From Candidatus Ozemobacteraceae bacterium (lineage in GTDB: Bacteria > Muiribacteriota > Ozemobacteria > Ozemobacterales > Ozemobacteraceae): a DNA stretch of 64,000 bases. The DNA is taken from the NCBI GenBank assembly GCA_965140445.1, contig OZ223236.1:1568001-1632000 (forward strand). The letters run 5' to 3'. Positions 1 to 9,980 of the stretch are shown in pieces (the stretch's first letter is position 1; the number at the start of each line of letters is the position of its first letter). A model generated the notes under the pieces. That model was not told the DNA's origin. It made no database searches and saw nothing but the letters and a program-made list of their open reading frames with translations. A program made the position numbers and the translations under genes.

Positions 1-941
1 GCAGAGGCGTAAATTACGAAGTTTGAGCCAAAACAAAAGCCAAGTAATCCGACTACGACTAAAAGCAACCAGGTTGGCAGAGGAATCAGGACACAAATGC
101 TGAAGAGCGCAAAAGCCGCTAATGATAAGGGAATACTTTTGTAGTCCAGATAATCAAAAATTTGCCCCCAGGCAACGCGGCCAATGGCATTTCCGATTGA
201 AAAAATCCCTACCGCTGTTACCGCAAGTTTTGCCGACAAGCCAGCTTCAATAACAAAAGATGTTAAGTTTCCAATTATTAGCAGGCCAGCAAACGTTCCT
301 GAAAACATTCCGAGAGTAATTACGATGAACGGAATGGAGAATAACTCTTCTCCTCTTTTAGGTTTTAAGGATTTCTTTCCTGGAGCTGGGTCTGCAAGAA
401 AAGAAGCCGCAATTAGCAGCGCAGCACCAGTAAGCAGAGAAAAACCACGAAAGAAATGCAGGACATCGGTTCCACTAACAAGAAAATGTTGTGCGATAGA
501 TGAAAGAATGACTGCACCACCGCCAAATCCTGCGACAGCTGTTCCCGTTACCAAACCTTTCTTCTTTGGAAACCATTTCATTCCAACAGATAGAGGGCAA
601 ACATAGCCGAAACCAATTCCTGCACCGGCAATAACGCTTAAACTCACCAACAAAACCCAGAAATTTCCTTCCGAATATGAAGCAAGAAAATATCCGCTTG
701 CAAAAAGGATTGCACCGATACTAGCTGTAAAGCGAGGACCTTTCTTCGTTAAGATTCTGCCTGCAAAAGTCATTGAAATTGTGAATACGGCAATGGTTAG
801 ACCAAAAATGAAGCCGCATTGCCCTTTGGTAAGATTGTAGCTTTTTTCAAGCCATGGGGTAAATGTACTCCAGGCATAGATTCCGCCGAGAATGGTTTGT
901 AGAACTATTCCTGCTAATAAAATAATCCATCTGTTTTTCAT
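1..941 (-). CDS. OFA-family (oxalate/formate antiporter-like) MFS transporter, 3' end outside window
   Basis: Absent from the ORF track because it runs off the window. Manual minus-strand translation from ATG at 941 (AGGAGA upstream) gives MKNRWIILLAGIVLQTILGGIYAWSTF...GIGFGYVCPLSVGMKWFPKKKGLVTGTAVAGFGGG, the typical OFA signature. Confidence 0.85.
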   Translation of the reverse strand, partial: MKNRWIILLAGIVLQTILGGIYAWSTFTPWLEKSYNLTKGQCGFIFGLTIAVFTISMTFAGRILTKKGPRFTASIGAILFASGYFLASYSEGNFWVLLVSLSVIAGAGIGFGYVCPLSVGMKWFPKKKGLVTGTAVAGFGGGAVILSSIAQHFLVSGTDVLHFFRGFSLLTGAALLIAASFLADPAPGKKSLKPKRGEELFSIPFIVITLGMFSGTFAGLLIIGNLTSFVIEAGLSAKLAVTAVGIFSIGNAIGRVAWGQIFDYLDYKSIPLSLAAFALFSICVLIPLPTWLLLVVVGLLGFCFGSNFVIYAS

Positions 942-1140
942 TGGTTGTTCTCCTGATGCTGTTTCTATGAGTCTTGCTGCGTCCAGGGCATGCCATTGTG
1001 TCAATTTAAAATTGACCGAGTACAACTGTTTTTGTTTCTGTTAACCAGATTGAAATCTGGATATTTAGGACAATTTTTTTTCCTGAATCTTGAATCTCAG
1101 AGGTTCAGGCTTTAAGTTTTAGAACCTGATACCAGTTTTT

Positions 1141-1461
1141 TTAATCATTAATCCTGGTTAATCTGCTGCCAGATTTGTTTTCAATAAGGTGAAGCAGGTC
1201 GGCAACCTGTCTATGTGATTCACCAGGGTGCTTCAAATGCTTTTCGCCGTGAATTAGATACTTATTGCGGCGGCCGCTACGGGAAATTTCGATGTATCCC
1301 TCTTTTGCCAGTTCAGCAATAATTCGCTGTACAGCCCTTTCTGTGATCCCAATTTCATCTGCAAGATCTTTAATCAGGATTTCTGGAGTTTTGGCCAAAG
1401 AAAGAAAAATGTGAGCATGGTTGGTTAAAAAGGTCCATTTTGGCGACTTTTCAGTGGTCAT
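1141..1461 (-). CDS. winged-helix transcriptional regulator (MarR/AsnC-like HTH)
   Basis: WTFLTNHAHI...LADEIGITERAVQRIIAELAKEGYI..R.GRRN.Y; probable start MTTEK at 1461 with GGAG upstream (track starts at 1548). Confidence 0.85.
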   Translation of the reverse strand: MTTEKSPKWTFLTNHAHIFLSLAKTPEILIKDLADEIGITERAVQRIIAELAKEGYIEISRSGRRNKYLIHGEKHLKHPGESHRQVADLLHLIENKSGSRLTRIND

Positions 1462-1483
1462 TTTTTTTTCTCCATAAAAATCT

Positions 1484-1513
1484 ACGACATTTAATACATG
1501 AAATATATGTCGT
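1484..1513. promoter_or_regulatory. inverted repeat ACGACAT-N16-ATGTCGT, candidate autoregulatory operator
   Basis: 7-bp perfect inverted repeat about 25 bp upstream of the probable regulator start. Confidence 0.4.
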
Positions 1514-1607
1514 GTGTCAATGAAAAAGTTGAAATGGTCTATGGACAAAAAATTGAATGGACAAGGTTTGTTCGCAAGCGATAAGGCTTTTAAAGCAAAT
1601 TTTTGAA

Positions 1608-2174
1608 TTACTTTTTAATGTTTCTGCAGCTAATCAGGCGCAGCAGTTTAAATTCTTCTGACTGTTTTTCAGGATTCTTTATCGGACTTGAAACAAATAG
1701 CGCGACAAGTATTCCTGTTCTATCAGGCTTGAGAGAAGCGTCTGTTAATAAAAGGTTGTCAAACGACAGGTTTACTTTTCTATCTTTGCAATAGAGATAA
1801 TGATGTGTTTCCGTTGTGGTTTTTTCTTCACGCTCAATACCATTATCAGCAAGCTCATAGCTTATTATTCCTTTGGCACCACTGCTGTCAGCTATGAATT
1901 CCCATGCTGCGGAGGTTGAGGTTTCTCCCGAACCAGGCGAAAGAATTTTGGTGGCCCTCATCAAGTCATATTCAATCTGGGACATTAAAATCGATGCGGC
2001 TCCCATATTGTTTAAATGATCCATCCCTTTTTGCGAACTTTTCAGTCCTGACCCGAAAAAATTCATTAAAGCAATAATTAAAATACTGGTCACTGCAACT
2101 CCTATTGCCATTTCAACTAGAGTTACACCAGATTTTTCCGAGCGTATTTTAATCATTGGTAGATCAATCCGCAT
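1608..2174 (-). CDS. prepilin-type N-terminal cleavage/methylation protein (PilW-like minor pilin)
   Basis: KSG|VTLVEMAIGVAVTSILIIAL class III signal with E5. Confidence 0.8.
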   Translation of the reverse strand: MRIDLPMIKIRSEKSGVTLVEMAIGVAVTSILIIALMNFFGSGLKSSQKGMDHLNNMGAASILMSQIEYDLMRATKILSPGSGETSTSAAWEFIADSSGAKGIISYELADNGIEREEKTTTETHHYLYCKDRKVNLSFDNLLLTDASLKPDRTGILVALFVSSPIKNPEKQSEEFKLLRLISCRNIKK

Positions 2175-2608
2175 ACTTTTAAGTCCCGATTTTTATTCAT
2201 TTCTTTCCAGGAGACGCTTACGGTCACAACTTTATATGACAGCGGCCAATTCGTTGGCTTGAATTCCTTTACCGATAAATCCCGGCGAAACATTGGCTCC
2301 AATTTAAGAGATAGAGCTTCGGTGTCCATTTTTAACTCAAGATTATCAAAGCTTCTGTTTCCAACGCGAAGGTTTTTGTGCTCATACGGAAACAGACTTA
2401 TATATGCGAGCAGGTTTGTGGCATGTTGCTGCGCCAAAATTTCATTTCTACTTTGGAGAACAGTGTAGCTCCCCTGACTAAAAACCGAATATAGAGGGAG
2501 TAACAAAACACTCATGCATACGACGGCAACAAGAATTTCTACCAGGGTGATTCCTTTTTTTGCAGCACAGGGAGTTTTCATAATCATTGTACCAACTTTG
2601 GTTCCCAT
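2153..2608 (-). CDS. prepilin-type N-terminal cleavage/methylation protein (PilV-like minor pilin)
   Basis: KKG|ITLVEILVAVV; C-terminal KVVTVSVSW strand typical of PilV-like pilins; true start probably near 2581-2587. Confidence 0.8.
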   Translation of the reverse strand: MGTKVGTMIMKTPCAAKKGITLVEILVAVVCMSVLLLPLYSVFSQGSYTVLQSRNEILAQQHATNLLAYISLFPYEHKNLRVGNRSFDNLELKMDTEALSLKLEPMFRRDLSVKEFKPTNWPLSYKVVTVSVSWKEMNKNRDLKVCGLIYQ

Positions 2609-4635
2609 GCCAGGGAATACATTAATAATGGTTTTTCAGAATTCTTCTCATTATTCTGGAAAGGTAGTGCCGAAAGTTGGGTGCAATAATCAATGTTGCA
2701 GCCTCTGGCGATAGATGTGTTGAGAGAACCAGCTGCAATCTGCTTCATGGCAACGTTTCCCTTTATGGTGGGCGGCGTCGAAGCAAAACTTCCCTCAATG
2801 AAAACTTGACCGTTAGCGGTTAAAGAGATGTTTGAAGCTCCACTTAACTGGTTGCTAAGGCGAATATTTCCATTTTGGGTGACCAGATTCAATAAAAACT
2901 TATCCCCTGCTGAAGTGATGGGTTTATGAATCTCAATGTCTCCATTTTCAAGGACGATACCACCGTGACTGGACAGCTCAATCGATGAGTTGAAGCTGAT
3001 AGGTTGATTACTTTTTACAAAAAGCCAGCCGTTAATGTCTAGTTTGCCATTTTTAAGGAATCCGTTTCTGGACAAAGCTTTTATAAGTGTGTCGCCAGAA
3101 TTTATCTCCAGTTTGTATCCAGTTCTGTTACCCGGGATAGATATCTTTTGCAGAATTGAAGTTGCAGAATCTAGCTTGCTTACATCAGTGAAAATTTTAT
3201 TGAAGGGTTCCGGAATATCATGGGATTTTCTTTGTTGTATAGCTTTGCCACTGATAAAGTCAGCAATGGGATCGGAGTTGTTTATCTGCCCAGACGTTAC
3301 CGGGTCTGGGAACCTGTGATTGGTAAGGATGTGCCCAAGAGCCCGATTGATAGGAATTTCCCATACGCGACTTGCAAACTTTCTGTTGTAATAATCAAGA
3401 CTGATGTTGCCAACCTGGCTGATAAAAAAGCTGATGTCCTTTTTGGGATCATCCCCGGATTTTAGTTTTTCAAAGGTGGCATTATCTTTGGCGAAAGGTA
3501 AGATTCCATAGGCTTTTGAGCTTGATTTAAATATTCTGCAGCAAATAGTGCGAGTATAAACATCTCCAAAAACAATGGTGGGGGACCTTTGTGCATCGGT
3601 TCCAAACAATCTGAAGGTTGAGTTTACAACCGCTTCATCTCCGAAACCATCTTTTACAAGGTCAAGCCACATCTGTGAGTCGGTGTCGCTTTTGTCATCG
3701 CAAATGCCTGCTTCCCAGTTGATCAGAGCTGTGGTGCCAAGCCATGCAACGGTATACATTCCAGGGCCTTTTCCTTCTTTGAAAAGATGGAAGCCTTCAG
3801 CATATTTTCCCGGGCTTCCCCAGCCACGAGTGTTAGCCAGAATTAGTGGGCCGCCCCCCATATATACCAGGCCTCGGCTTGATTCAACGAAGCTGTTAAA
3901 CCTGTTTGGGACTTCTTCACCGGTTTTGCCCCCGTTATTTAAAACCCAGGGGCGATAGCTTGATCCGCTAAGATTGCCGCTTTTGTCCGTTTTAACCAGA
4001 TTAAATCTGGAAGGTTTTTCTCCGCCACGCGCATCCTGGACCAAAAGTGTAAATTTGGAAAGAACCGGGATAAGATTTGCTGCAACCACAATATCTGAAG
4101 TATACAAATATTCTTCTATAATGCTTTTTTTAGATCCGGGAAGAGCATAGGAAACTGTTATTGGAATCCTGATTATGCCTTTTTTCTCCCTCGGATAAGC
4201 AGATAAAAGCGGGGCGAAATCTTCTTTTTGGATAGCCCATCCAACGGAATACGACAAATTTTTTAACTCGGAGTTTGCGCTGATTATTGCGTTAAGAGTT
4301 TCCTTTAACGATTCTGAAAATGCGATTTTATCAGAAGTTTGCGCTTTCATTGAACTTAAAGGTGTTGAAAGTTCCTGACAAAGCTTTGAATTTTGATTAT
4401 GAAGGTCTTCGATTTTTAATTGGTGACAAGCCAGAGAGGCAAGCGAAAGAGAGAACTCTCTGGCAAGAAGAACCTTGTTAAGTTTCTTGGTGACAAACTT
4501 TCTGCTTATTGAATAGCGCAAAAAACCGCCAAAAGCCAACAACAAAACCGCAAGAATCCCAACAATCAGTAAAATAACGCTGCCGTTGCGGGATTCGTGC
4601 CTTTTACAAGGTTCGTATGAAAAGTAAAACCTCAA
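2584..4635 (-). CDS. large PilX/GspK-like pilin-associated protein
   Basis: RNG|SVILLIVGILAVLLL, a prepilin-like N-terminus lacking E5; 683 aa; adjacent to two pilins. Confidence 0.6.
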   Translation of the reverse strand: MRFYFSYEPCKRHESRNGSVILLIVGILAVLLLAFGGFLRYSISRKFVTKKLNKVLLAREFSLSLASLACHQLKIEDLHNQNSKLCQELSTPLSSMKAQTSDKIAFSESLKETLNAIISANSELKNLSYSVGWAIQKEDFAPLLSAYPREKKGIIRIPITVSYALPGSKKSIIEEYLYTSDIVVAANLIPVLSKFTLLVQDARGGEKPSRFNLVKTDKSGNLSGSSYRPWVLNNGGKTGEEVPNRFNSFVESSRGLVYMGGGPLILANTRGWGSPGKYAEGFHLFKEGKGPGMYTVAWLGTTALINWEAGICDDKSDTDSQMWLDLVKDGFGDEAVVNSTFRLFGTDAQRSPTIVFGDVYTRTICCRIFKSSSKAYGILPFAKDNATFEKLKSGDDPKKDISFFISQVGNISLDYYNRKFASRVWEIPINRALGHILTNHRFPDPVTSGQINNSDPIADFISGKAIQQRKSHDIPEPFNKIFTDVSKLDSATSILQKISIPGNRTGYKLEINSGDTLIKALSRNGFLKNGKLDINGWLFVKSNQPISFNSSIELSSHGGIVLENGDIEIHKPITSAGDKFLLNLVTQNGNIRLSNQLSGASNISLTANGQVFIEGSFASTPPTIKGNVAMKQIAAGSLNTSIARGCNIDYCTQLSALPFQNNEKNSEKPLLMYSLAWEPKLVQ

Positions 4636-4641
4636 AGCGCT

Positions 4642-5592
4642 TTATTGTGTTTTTAAAGGTATGATTTTTAAAGTCCCTTTTGGCGCTAAACCATAATGGG
4701 CTTCGCCAAGCCAGGTTTGGCCAGATTCATCCAGGGCAAAATGTCTTGTCATGGCGATAGGAATATTAACTTCTTGAGTGGATTTATTACTTCCGTCAAT
4801 TCCAATTATTGAGAAGTTTTGTTTTCCTTTGGGATTGTCTGTGGTTTTATAGCTGATTGCTATGTTGTTCGTTTCAGGGTTGAACCAGCAGATGTTTGGA
4901 TTATAGTGATTCCCAAGATTTAGCTTTGTTGAAGACAAAACTTTGTTGTTAAATGTTTGCTTGATAAGATTGCTGGTTTTACTTTCCTGATCATATGTGA
5001 GTCGATAAAGACTGTCTGGTTCTTTGGCGAGAACAAATCCTGACCACTCATACGGAATCTGACTTAATAGCTTCTTGTTTTTGTCAAAAACCATGATTTG
5101 TTGCATAACGTCATCTGAAACATAAATTTTGCCGTTTTGAGCAATTTCAATTTTCGATGGCTGAGCAAAATTTGCAGATTTTAACTCATCAAGCTTTTTG
5201 CCATCAGGGGAAAACTTCTCAAGTTTTGATCTAAAACCGTTTATAACCCAGAAGTCTGTTAAATCTCCTGTTGGAGAAAATTGCGCTGCAAAATCCTCGG
5301 TGAGCATCATTTCATCAGCCTTAGCCAGTTGGATTTCTCCAGCGGGTTGGCCAGATTTTTCGAACTTTAGAATTTTGTTACCAACCGTATCTGCAATCCA
5401 GATTTGTTTGTTAACAATTCTAAAACTTAAAGGGCCAATTGGAACCGGGTTTTCCTGCTTTGGATGGCTATTGTTGTTTATATAGCCAACCTTTCCGCTG
5501 CCAGCTCCATATGGTATTGAAATCTGTGCGAAACCGGGACTTGAAATAAGGGTTATAGAAATTAAGCATAAAGCTGTAATAAATAATTTCAT
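4642..5592 (-). CDS. secreted NHL-repeat/beta-propeller protein
   Basis: Signal peptide (GFA|Q); repeats IWIADTVGNKILKF, KIYVSDDVMQQIMVFD. Confidence 0.65.
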   Translation of the reverse strand: MKLFITALCLISITLISSPGFAQISIPYGAGSGKVGYINNNSHPKQENPVPIGPLSFRIVNKQIWIADTVGNKILKFEKSGQPAGEIQLAKADEMMLTEDFAAQFSPTGDLTDFWVINGFRSKLEKFSPDGKKLDELKSANFAQPSKIEIAQNGKIYVSDDVMQQIMVFDKNKKLLSQIPYEWSGFVLAKEPDSLYRLTYDQESKTSNLIKQTFNNKVLSSTKLNLGNHYNPNICWFNPETNNIAISYKTTDNPKGKQNFSIIGIDGSNKSTQEVNIPIAMTRHFALDESGQTWLGEAHYGLAPKGTLKIIPLKTQ

Positions 5593-5601
5593 AAATCTTA
5601 A

Positions 5602-6312
5602 CTAACTAACCTTTCGTAAAAGTTTTGTCATTGGAGCGTAGTCACTACCGGCCGGGTGAAATCTTGGTCTACCGTAGCTGGTGGAGTTGCTTATTGCTCT
5701 GACATTATTGCCAGTTGCCATAATTATACCAATATGACTATTTGGACTTCCAGTGGTATTCCATGTAATTACGTCTCCAGCTTGATAGGGTGGAGGAGTG
5801 ACTTCTTCCCAGCCCATTTCTTTAAGCTTGTCAGCGGTTGCAATAACTCTGATTCGATTGTAATAATCCTCGCCGGTTTGCCCGAAAATCGGAAGTCCAG
5901 CACTCTCAAATATCGAGTTTACAACCTGGGCACATCCCTGGCGACCATTATTGGTTTCGGGCAGGTATGGAAAGGAATATGGTTCAGCATATTTTATATA
6001 GTGCTCTGCAGCAGCTTTTACAAGTTTTGCCTGCATTGATCCTGCAGCGGCTGGAACAACTGTTGCTGCACCGTCTTCTGTTCCTTCTCCGGCTGCCGGG
6101 GAAGTGTCTTGCTGAGCTGGTGGTTCTGTGAAGCCTGTTTCGCGGTTATATGGTGCTCCCGCAGCTTCTTCAATTTTAACTTCAGGGAAATTAACCTGAG
6201 GGTCAGTTTCTGGATCATAACCCTGGATTTCTCTGAATGTGTCCTGTGCAAATGTTGGCAGGCAGATTGAAATAAGTAAAAGGCAAACAAATAAAAAACT
6301 AAGCTTTTTCAT
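5602..6312 (-). CDS. secreted NlpC/P60-CHAP-like cysteine amidase (putative peptidoglycan hydrolase)
   Basis: Signal peptide, acidic linker, then GCAQVV (catalytic Cys), AGDVITW, SHIGII (His). Confidence 0.7.
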   Translation of the reverse strand: MKKLSFLFVCLLLISICLPTFAQDTFREIQGYDPETDPQVNFPEVKIEEAAGAPYNRETGFTEPPAQQDTSPAAGEGTEDGAATVVPAAAGSMQAKLVKAAAEHYIKYAEPYSFPYLPETNNGRQGCAQVVNSIFESAGLPIFGQTGEDYYNRIRVIATADKLKEMGWEEVTPPPYQAGDVITWNTTGSPNSHIGIIMATGNNVRAISNSTSYGRPRFHPAGSDYAPMTKLLRKVS

Positions 6313-6531
6313 TTTGTGTCTCCGCATTTTTGTTTAATCTCTATAAATAATACTACGAAGCGCGAAGTAAATTGTAACATTGCAAAAAATACTGATTGAA
6401 CATGTGGCTTGCCAGATAAATTGGCAAAAAGATTTTGCAATGTAAAAAAATATTTACAAAATTCCTTGAAAAAATTTTGCATAATCTTTGTAACTTGGCT
6501 CTCAGTATAAGTAATCGAGTTAGCTGCGTTG

Positions 6532-6547
6532 TGGCAAGTTTATTGCG
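6532..6547 (+). promoter_or_regulatory. candidate sigma-54 -24/-12 promoter
   Basis: TGGCAAGTTTATTGCG with exact GG-N10-GC spacing, upstream of the plus-strand pilin operon. Confidence 0.4.
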
Positions 6548-6719
6548 TAGATACTAATGTATAGTCTTTCCAGTCCGAGTTTTTGGAGTTAATGTTCAGG
6601 GGCAAAGTGAGAAAACGGTACAAAAAGAAAAAACACGAATAATGTACCGAGGATAATGCTAAAATAGAAAAATATCAGGAATCGGTCATCCGGGGAATTT
6701 GGGATAAATACAGAAAAGT

Positions 6720-7595
6720 TTGAAGTTAAAGAAGATATTTATGAAGTTTGTGGCTAACTTTGGAGTGCTTGCACTTATTATTTTATTTTCGTGCAACTCT
6801 CTTTTGGCATGCGATTTGAAATTGTTGGATATTTTGACGGCCCACTGGGAATCTGATAAAGAGTTTTCCGGGAAAATCGCCAGCATAGCATCAGAGAGCA
6901 GGCAGCTAAGCTTGATTCTTTCTGAATTTTTGCAGAAGAATCAGAAATATCATTTTCCACCAAAGAATATAAATGGAAAATACGTTTCTACATCTATTGA
7001 TGCCGAATCAACGCAAGCAAAGGCTTTTGTTAAAGAGTTTGGTGACCAGGTTGCTTTGGTGCAAAAACAATGGTCCGGGATTCAAAGTAACGCTTCGCTT
7101 TTCCCTGATTGGGTAAAGTTGGATAAGAGTTGGGAGCAAAAGTGCCTTGAGATTGAAAAGCAGCTTGAGATGCTTAAAACAAAGTTAAAAAACAAGGAAT
7201 TTCTTGTTTTACATGAATCAATTGCGACAATGTACAGTCAAATTCTGCTGCTTCTTGAACAAGGGCAGAAGGATCTTGTCAAAAGGACTCTGCTCACACT
7301 TTCGCAAGACATTCTTCTACTGATAAGAGGAGTGGAATTGAATGATTTTGCAAATATGAAAAAGGCTTCTGAAATGCTTAAAGAGCACGTTGATCAGTTG
7401 GTTAAGTCATTCCCGGAAAATGAGATTAAAGCGTTGGTCGGGTTTAAAGATAGTGTTTATGAACTTAACGATGTTATTAAAAATGATCAATTGTTTAAAA
7501 TCGTTGAGCTGGCTGGTGCAATTGAAAAGCAATTTGGAGAGCTGACAGAGGAATTCAGTGCGGATTATAAAATCAAAAACCTATCACTTTATTAG
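6720..7595 (+). CDS. secreted alpha-helical hypothetical protein
   Basis: 291-aa ORF with N-terminal signal-like segment; first gene of the pilin operon. Confidence 0.6.
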   Translation: MKLKKIFMKFVANFGVLALIILFSCNSLLACDLKLLDILTAHWESDKEFSGKIASIASESRQLSLILSEFLQKNQKYHFPPKNINGKYVSTSIDAESTQAKAFVKEFGDQVALVQKQWSGIQSNASLFPDWVKLDKSWEQKCLEIEKQLEMLKTKLKNKEFLVLHESIATMYSQILLLLEQGQKDLVKRTLLTLSQDILLLIRGVELNDFANMKKASEMLKEHVDQLVKSFPENEIKALVGFKDSVYELNDVIKNDQLFKIVELAGAIEKQFGELTEEFSADYKIKNLSLY

Positions 7596-8376
7596 CCGCA
7601 GTAAATGCGGAATAACTCTAATTGAGATTGTGTTGGCAATGCTGATACTTTCTATTAGTCTTATTCCCATTTTTGGTTTAATGACGCGCAGCACAAAAGA
7701 TTCAGATGCAACTTTAACCAGAGCATTCGCAATAAATACTGCCAAATCAGTTCTTTCTGCTGTTATTGATGACATCCCATTTGCAGATTTGAGACCGGGA
7801 GTTCCTGCGATTATTCTTGGCCCATCAAAGTCCAAAGCTGAAGCATTGTTCCCGGGTGGAACACCTTTGAGCGGTGGAATTACCTGTAACGGTATTGCAA
7901 CTGATTCAAGAGGGATTAACTATAGGGTGTATATGCGTTCTGATGCGATAAATGATACAAGTGATGGTTACAGCGCCGGGGAATTTTATTTTTCTTACTA
8001 TTTAAACCCTGACGTTGAAAATCAGGCGGGTTGGACTACTTTGCAGAACAACTCTTTGACCAGTGAGAATATTGATAATATTCCATCAATGTATTCAAAG
8101 GTTACCCCGGCAGGTCTAAAATCTCCCTACAGATATTATGGCGGTGCTATTGCGGCGGGAAGATGGGGCCCGGCAGAAGAAGCAGCAGGAAACGAAATTC
8201 ATGTTGATCAGAGAGAAATAACTCAGGCTGATGCCATTGGTAGCTATTGCCTGATGCAAAGATTGATTCTTCAGATTAGATGGAATATGGATGGGGCATA
8301 CTTTAAAAACCCTGATACCAATAAAGGACGGCCAGTTAAGTTGCAGATCATAACCTATAAGGCCAACCTGGATTAA
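7558..8376 (+). CDS. prepilin-type N-terminal cleavage/methylation protein
   Basis: KCG|ITLIEIVLAMLIL. Confidence 0.8.
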   Translation: MRIIKSKTYHFISRSKCGITLIEIVLAMLILSISLIPIFGLMTRSTKDSDATLTRAFAINTAKSVLSAVIDDIPFADLRPGVPAIILGPSKSKAEALFPGGTPLSGGITCNGIATDSRGINYRVYMRSDAINDTSDGYSAGEFYFSYYLNPDVENQAGWTTLQNNSLTSENIDNIPSMYSKVTPAGLKSPYRYYGGAIAAGRWGPAEEAAGNEIHVDQREITQADAIGSYCLMQRLILQIRWNMDGAYFKNPDTNKGRPVKLQIITYKANLD

Positions 8377-8379
8377 ATT

Positions 8380-9204
8380 ATGGATATCAAAAGCAGAAAA
8401 AGCGGATTTGCAGTAGTATTGGTGCTTGTTTTAAGCTCCATTTTATTGCTTACGGCTATTAGTTTGTTTAAAACTTCAAGCCAGTATAACGCTCATATGA
8501 AAAAAGATTTTGGTGAGCTTCAGGCATATTATATGGCTGTTGGAGCGATTCAGCACACGCAACTTAAGGTAAAATATTTTCCCACTGAGCTGTATGATGC
8601 CAGCGAATTCAGTCTGGGGAAAAACCCGATGTTTGATTTCACCATCCTCTCTGATGACGAATACAACGCACTTTCTCCTATTTTGAAATCTGAATTTTCA
8701 TCTGTTTCGCCTCATTTCAGAAAAGCCAGCGTAAATAATGCAGGTCCTCGCTTTTTATCGGCAGGGGCATTGTCAGATGATGCTACTGAAAGGTGGTTTC
8801 AATTGAAGTCACTTGATCCAGAGGACAGAGATCTTACTGAAGGTGCCTGGTTCCCGTCTGGATGGCCAAAGGACAAGAATTTGAATCCTGTAAAAAATTC
8901 GGATTTATATCTTTGGAAATATGCGAGAGATATTTGCAATTTAAACGGGATTCAGCCTTCTCTCTCATGCGATAACGCAAAGGTGACAACCAGTTATGAC
9001 AAGCTTGATGTGTCTTCCTCAAATGAATTGCCTTATGAGGGAACATATCAGATTTCAGAGATAAAAGTTCTTTCCACAACCGATCAGAAAAGGTTAAACG
9101 AGGAAGTTGTTTCCTTTACCGGTGTTGGATCAATAAAGGTTCCTGGTACTGGCGAAATAGTGACATATGAAATTACCAAAAAGATTAAAGTGAGACGCAA
9201 GTAG
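8380..9204 (+). CDS. PilX-like pilin-associated protein
   Basis: KSG|FAVVLVLVL (no E5) followed by QAYYMAVGAIQ, resembling the PilX N-terminal motif. Confidence 0.7.
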   Translation: MDIKSRKSGFAVVLVLVLSSILLLTAISLFKTSSQYNAHMKKDFGELQAYYMAVGAIQHTQLKVKYFPTELYDASEFSLGKNPMFDFTILSDDEYNALSPILKSEFSSVSPHFRKASVNNAGPRFLSAGALSDDATERWFQLKSLDPEDRDLTEGAWFPSGWPKDKNLNPVKNSDLYLWKYARDICNLNGIQPSLSCDNAKVTTSYDKLDVSSSNELPYEGTYQISEIKVLSTTDQKRLNEEVVSFTGVGSIKVPGTGEIVTYEITKKIKVRRK

Positions 9205-9206
9205 CT

Positions 9207-9959
9207 ATGTTGCCAATCAAAAAAAATAAAGCAGCCTTTACCCTCGTAGAAATTCTTGTAGCGAGCGTAGTTTTATCATTATTTCTGGGTGGGTTATATA
9301 CTATTTTCGGTGGTGGCCAAAGAATTGCCGCCAAGTCAAGCTGGTTACAATTTACCATTGATCGCCTTAGAATGACTCAACAGGCCATTTTTAAGGCAAT
9401 TAAAACCAGTAGTTATCCCTCAACTATTTTGCCTTCGAATATATATGATGCGGGGGGAACGGAAGAGAGCCCGGGAGCGAATGCCAGCAGTTATTATGTT
9501 CATCTGGTTGCCGGAACAGGAAAGATTACCGCTGCTGATATAATTAAAAGTAACGATGGTGTGTTTCTTGTTACCTCAAGATCTGAACCGGAAATGGCAA
9601 ATTTTCAGGATAGTGCGGACAATAAAGCGGGCTCTATTCGCTGGAATGTTTTCTACATGAAGGCTTCAAAAAATAATAAGTCACTCGGAACCATTTATAT
9701 GGATGAACGAACAGGGAGCTACACAACCACCGGACCGAACTATGCCAGATCTTTAAACCTGAAATATGCATCTGCAACAAATGTGAAGACTTTCAGACTC
9801 GCAGAAGATATCGCATGGATTGATTTTCAGGCTGCCAGCTTAGGTTACACGCCGTCAGAGATTAAAATTACAATTTCGGCTCAATACTATAGAGATGACA
9901 AACTAAATAGGGAATCCATCATTAAGGTCATTCCCAATGTTGGGGTTAAGAAGGGGTAA
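9207..9959 (+). CDS. prepilin-type N-terminal cleavage/methylation protein
   Basis: KAA|FTLVEILVASVVL. Confidence 0.8.
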   Translation: MLPIKKNKAAFTLVEILVASVVLSLFLGGLYTIFGGGQRIAAKSSWLQFTIDRLRMTQQAIFKAIKTSSYPSTILPSNIYDAGGTEESPGANASSYYVHLVAGTGKITAADIIKSNDGVFLVTSRSEPEMANFQDSADNKAGSIRWNVFYMKASKNNKSLGTIYMDERTGSYTTTGPNYARSLNLKYASATNVKTFRLAEDIAWIDFQAASLGYTPSEIKITISAQYYRDDKLNRESIIKVIPNVGVKKG

Positions 9960-9980
9960 TCCGCCTTCGAGGAAATACTT

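Noticed and set aside
184..606. 140-aa plus-strand ORF, and the many similar short ORFs overlapping long genes
   Set aside because: It is an antisense shadow of the OFA MFS gene; the others likewise overlap better-supported genes and show no motifs.
6421..6440. TTGGCAAAAAGATTTTGCA as a sigma-54 promoter
   Set aside because: The GG-to-GC spacing is 12, not the required 10.
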